NCBI RefSeq assembly: GCF_032444005.1
Contig: NC_091290.1
Coordinates: 10,726,001 to 10,790,000, forward strand
DNA from: Ranitomeya imitator
Taxonomy: Eukaryota
Direction: 5' to 3'
Length of the DNA: 64,000 nt
The notes below the pieces were generated by a model, which was not told the origin of the DNA, searched no databases, and saw nothing but the letters and a program-made list of their open reading frames with translations. Each line of letters opens with the position of its first letter. Position 1 is the first letter of the stretch. This document shows, in pieces, positions 60,662 to 64,000 of this stretch. Made by a program: the position numbers and the translations under genes.

Positions 60662-63015
60662 AATGGGGGTCCCAGTGGTCAGACCTCTAGTAATCAGCCA
60701 GTTATGGCCCAGCATCAGTGGGGGTCCCAGTGGTCACACCTCTAGTAATCAGCCAGTTATGGCCCAGCATCAGTGGGGGGTCCCAGTGGTCAGACCTCTA
60801 GTAATCAGCCAGTTATCACCCATCATCAGTGGGGGTCCCAGTGGTCAGACCTCTAGTAATCAGCCAGTTATTGCCCGTCATCAGTGGGGGGTCCCAGTGG
60901 TCAGACCTCTAGCAATCAGCCAGTTATCGCCCATCATCAGTGGGGGTCCCAGTGGTCAGACCTCTAGTAATCAGCCAGTTATCGCCCAGCATCAGTGGGG
61001 GTCCCAGTGGTCAGACCTCTAGTAATCAGCCAGTTATCGCCCAGCATCAGTGGGGGTCCCAGTGGTCAGACCTCTAGTAATCAGCCAGTTATCACCCATC
61101 ATCAGTGGGGGTCCCAGTGGGCAGACCTCTAGTAATCAGCCAGTTATCGCCCAGCATCAGTGGGGGTCCCAGTGGTCAGACCTCTAGTAATCAGCCAGTT
61201 ATCGCCCAGCATCAATGGGGGTCCCAGTGGTCAGACCTCTAGTAATCAGCCAGTTATTGCCCACCATCAGTGGGGGTCCCAGTGGTCACACCTCTAGTAA
61301 TCAGCCAGTTATTGCCCGTCATCAGTGGGGGGTCCCAGTGGTCAGACCTCTAGTAATCAGCCAGTTATCACCCATCATCAGTGGGGGTCCCAGTGGTCAG
61401 ACCTCTAGTAATCAGCCAGTTATTGCCCGTCATCAGTGGGGGTCCCAGTGGTCAGACCTCTAGCAATCAGCCAGTTATCGCCCATCATCAGTGGGGGTCC
61501 CAGTGGTCAGACCTCTAGTAATCAGCCAGTTATCGCCCAGCATCAGTGGGGGTCCCAGTGGTCAGACCTCTAGTAATCAGCCAGTTATCGTCCAGCATTA
61601 GTGGGGGTCCCAGTGGTCAGACTTCTAGTAATCAGCCAGTTATCGCCCAGCATCAGTGGGGGTCCCAGTGGGCAGACCTCTAGTAATCAGCCAGTTATCG
61701 CCCAGCATCAGTGGGGGTCCCAGTGGGCAGACCTCTAGTTATCAGCCAGTTATCGTCCAGCATCAGTGGGGGTCCCAGTGGGCAGACCTCTAGTAATCAG
61801 CCAGTTATCACCCATCATCAGTAGGGGTCCCAGTGGTCAGACCTCTAGTAATCAGCCAGTTATCGCCCATCATCAGTGGGGGTCCCAGTGGGCAGACCTC
61901 TAGTAATCAGCCAGTTATCGCCCATCATCAGTGGGGGTCCCAGTGGTCAGACCTCTAGTAATCAGCCAGTTATCGCCCATCATCAGTGGGGGTCCCAGTG
62001 GTCAGACCTCTAGTAATCAGCCAGTTATCGCCCATCATCAGTGAGGGTCCCAGTGGTCAGACCTCTAGTAATCAGCCAGTTATTGCCCAGCATCAGTGGG
62101 GGTCCTAGTGGTCAGACCTCTAGTAATCAGCCAGTTATCACCCATCATCAGTGGGGGTCCTAGTGGTCAGACCTCTAGTAATCAGCCAGTTATCACCCAT
62201 CATCAGTAGGGGTCCCAGTGGTCAGACCTCTAATAATCAGCCAGTTATCGCCCATCATCAGTGGGGGTCCCAGTGGTCAGACCTCTAGTAATCAGCCAGT
62301 TATCACCCATCATCAGTGGGGTCCCAGTGGTCAGACCTCTAGTAATCAGCCAGTTATCACCCATCATCAGTGGGGGTCCCAGTGGTCAGACCTCTAGTAA
62401 TCAGCCAGTTATCGCCCATCATCAGTGGGGGTCCCAGTGGTCAGACCTCTAGTAATCAGCCAGTTATCGGCCGGTATCAGTGGGGTCGCAGTGGTCAGAC
62501 CTCTAGTAATCAGCCAGTTATCGCCCATCATCAGTGGGGTCCCAGTGGTCAGACCTCTAGTAATCAGCCAGTTATCGGCCGGTATCAGTGGGGTCCCAGT
62601 GGTCAGACCTCTAGTAATCAGCCAGTTATCGGCCGGTATCAGTGGGGTCCCAGTGGTCAGACCTCTAGTAATCAGCCAGTTATCGGCCGGTATCAGTGGG
62701 GTCCCAGTGGTCAGACCTCTAGTAATCAGCCAGTTATCGGCCGGTATCAGTGGGGTCCCAGTGGTCAGACCTCTAGTAATCAGCCAGTTATCGGCCGGTA
62801 TCAGTGGGGTCCCAGTGGTCAGACCTCTAGTAGTCAGCCAGTTATCGGCCGGTATCAGTGGGGTCCCAGTGGTCAGACCTCTAGTAGTCAGCCAGTTATC
62901 GGCCGGTATCAGTGGGGTCCCAGTGGTCAGACCTCTAGTAATCAGCCAGTTATCGGCCGGTATCAGTGGGGTCGCAGTGGTCAGACCTCTAGTAGTCAGC
63001 CAGTTATCACCCATC
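60662..63015. repeat. 54-55 bp tandem array (GGGGGTCCCAGTGGTCAGACCTCTAGTAATCAGCCAGTTATCGCCCATCATCAGT), about 43 copies, in lto1 intron 1
   Basis: 55-nt period; the distal units are 54 nt, which explains the 62370-63128 ORF. Confidence 0.98.
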
Positions 63016-63539
63016 ATCATCATCATCATCATGTCCAGAGCGAGTCACCTGCGACGGCGCCTCCATCATATCCGTGTTACGTCCGTGACACCACAGAAAT
63101 CGTCAGATGTGACGACTCCGGCTACTAAGTGACACTAGTGAGGCGGCATCGGCTCTAATGATTCCTGACACAGGATCACTAATCTTCCCAATGTGCTGGA
63201 TTTTCTTGCATTATTGCATTTGTGCCTTTTTTCTATTTTTTTTAATGTTTTTCCTCTACGCCTTTTTTTTTTAAATCTCTTTTACGCCTTCCCCTGCGGC
63301 CCCGGAGCACACTGAACTTTGTGAGTTCTCGCCCTTTCCAGTACCTGAGCTTGCTGTCAGTGAATGGAAACACAACAATGCCAGCTCCACTGCAAAAAAA
63401 AAAAAAAATAATAATAATAGATGTTTCTAATTTCTAGCCACTGCAGCAAGCAGATATCCTGAAACAGTAGGGGGAAGTATATTACAGACGTGCAGAACTT
63501 CCTGTTTCCACATCCGTGCTGTGGGGGTCACTCAGGAAG

Positions 63540-63557
63540 TCGCCGCTAGATGGCGCC
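63540..63557 (+). promoter_or_regulatory. CTCF core motif in lto1 intron 1 near the promoter
   Basis: TCGCCGCTAGATGGCGCC. Confidence 0.6.
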
Positions 63558-63584
63558 CGCTCCCCCGTGGCATCGCCCGCTCAC

Positions 63585-63634
63585 CTCTCCTCACACATCA
63601 CAATCCCCCCGAACAGGTCGTCCGCGCACTCCAT
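63585..63634 (-). CDS. lto1: LTO1/ORAOV1 coding exon 1 (50 nt)
   Basis: Minus strand accATG GAG; MECADDLFGGIVMCEE(R); phase-2 donor AG|gtgagc. Confidence 0.9.
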
Positions 63635-63639
63635 GGTGA

Positions 63640-63830
63640 CGAGATGTGAAAGAAAGGGAACCTGACATTACCGGACCGAGTTGTCGGGGGAAGACGCAGA
63701 GCCGAGCACAGAACAGGAAGTAGATGCGAGCAGACTTCCGGAACTACGCAGGTATGACGAGTCTCACAGGCGGGACTTGCCGTGAGGGAATGAGGGGGCG
63801 ACGGTGCCGCTGCGGGGTCTTCTGCGGCCT
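63640..63830 (-). promoter_or_regulatory. Probable lto1 housekeeping-type promoter (CpG-rich, ETS/GABP-like motifs)
   Basis: CpG-rich stretch just upstream of the lto1 ATG. It carries CAGGAAGT (63714-63721), ACTTCCGG (63735-63742) and a GC-box-like GGCGGG, followed by AT-rich flank. Confidence 0.55.
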
Positions 63831-64000
63831 ACACGGTGGTCTCTCACTCAGTGAAGATGATGTATGGCGCTTTGTGTAAAGAAAAAAAATATGTATAATG
63901 TGTGTAATATAAAAAAGTGAAAAATAAAAGGTAAATATAGATAATTATAAAATAATATGTAAACTTATAATATAAAAATATAGTAAACTGTATTTATTTT

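Overview
Vertebrate genomic DNA, most likely from a frog: the cyclin D1 closely resembles the Xenopus protein as I recall it, and the interspersed repeats look anuran. The window holds two complete, convergent spliced genes in the same arrangement as the human CCND1-LTO1 pair. ccnd1 (cyclin D1) is on the + strand with 5 coding exons (16084-37839, 291 aa) and a long 3' UTR. lto1/oraov1 is on the - strand with 5 coding exons (63634-53949, 137 aa). All splice sites are GT-AG and both frames are intact. About 40% of the window is tandem repeat, and almost all of the very long ORFs in the track are artefacts of these arrays. Other elements: a young CR1 LINE with an open ORF2 fragment plus an identical short copy, a decayed Tc1, a fold-back transposase fragment (probably Chapaev), tRNA-derived SINEs, many MITEs and a 163-N gap. 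Best leads: (i) the fold-back transposon, which could make a 309-bp dsRNA hairpin; (ii) ccnd1 exon 1 walled in by satellites, with only about 315 bp of unique 5' flank; (iii) divergent full-length CTCF motifs between the genes; (iv) a 14-bp stem beside a miR-17 site in the ccnd1 3' UTR; (v) a 208-bp inverted repeat and a degenerate hammerhead-like motif in lto1 introns. No database search was run. Homology statements are from recall.
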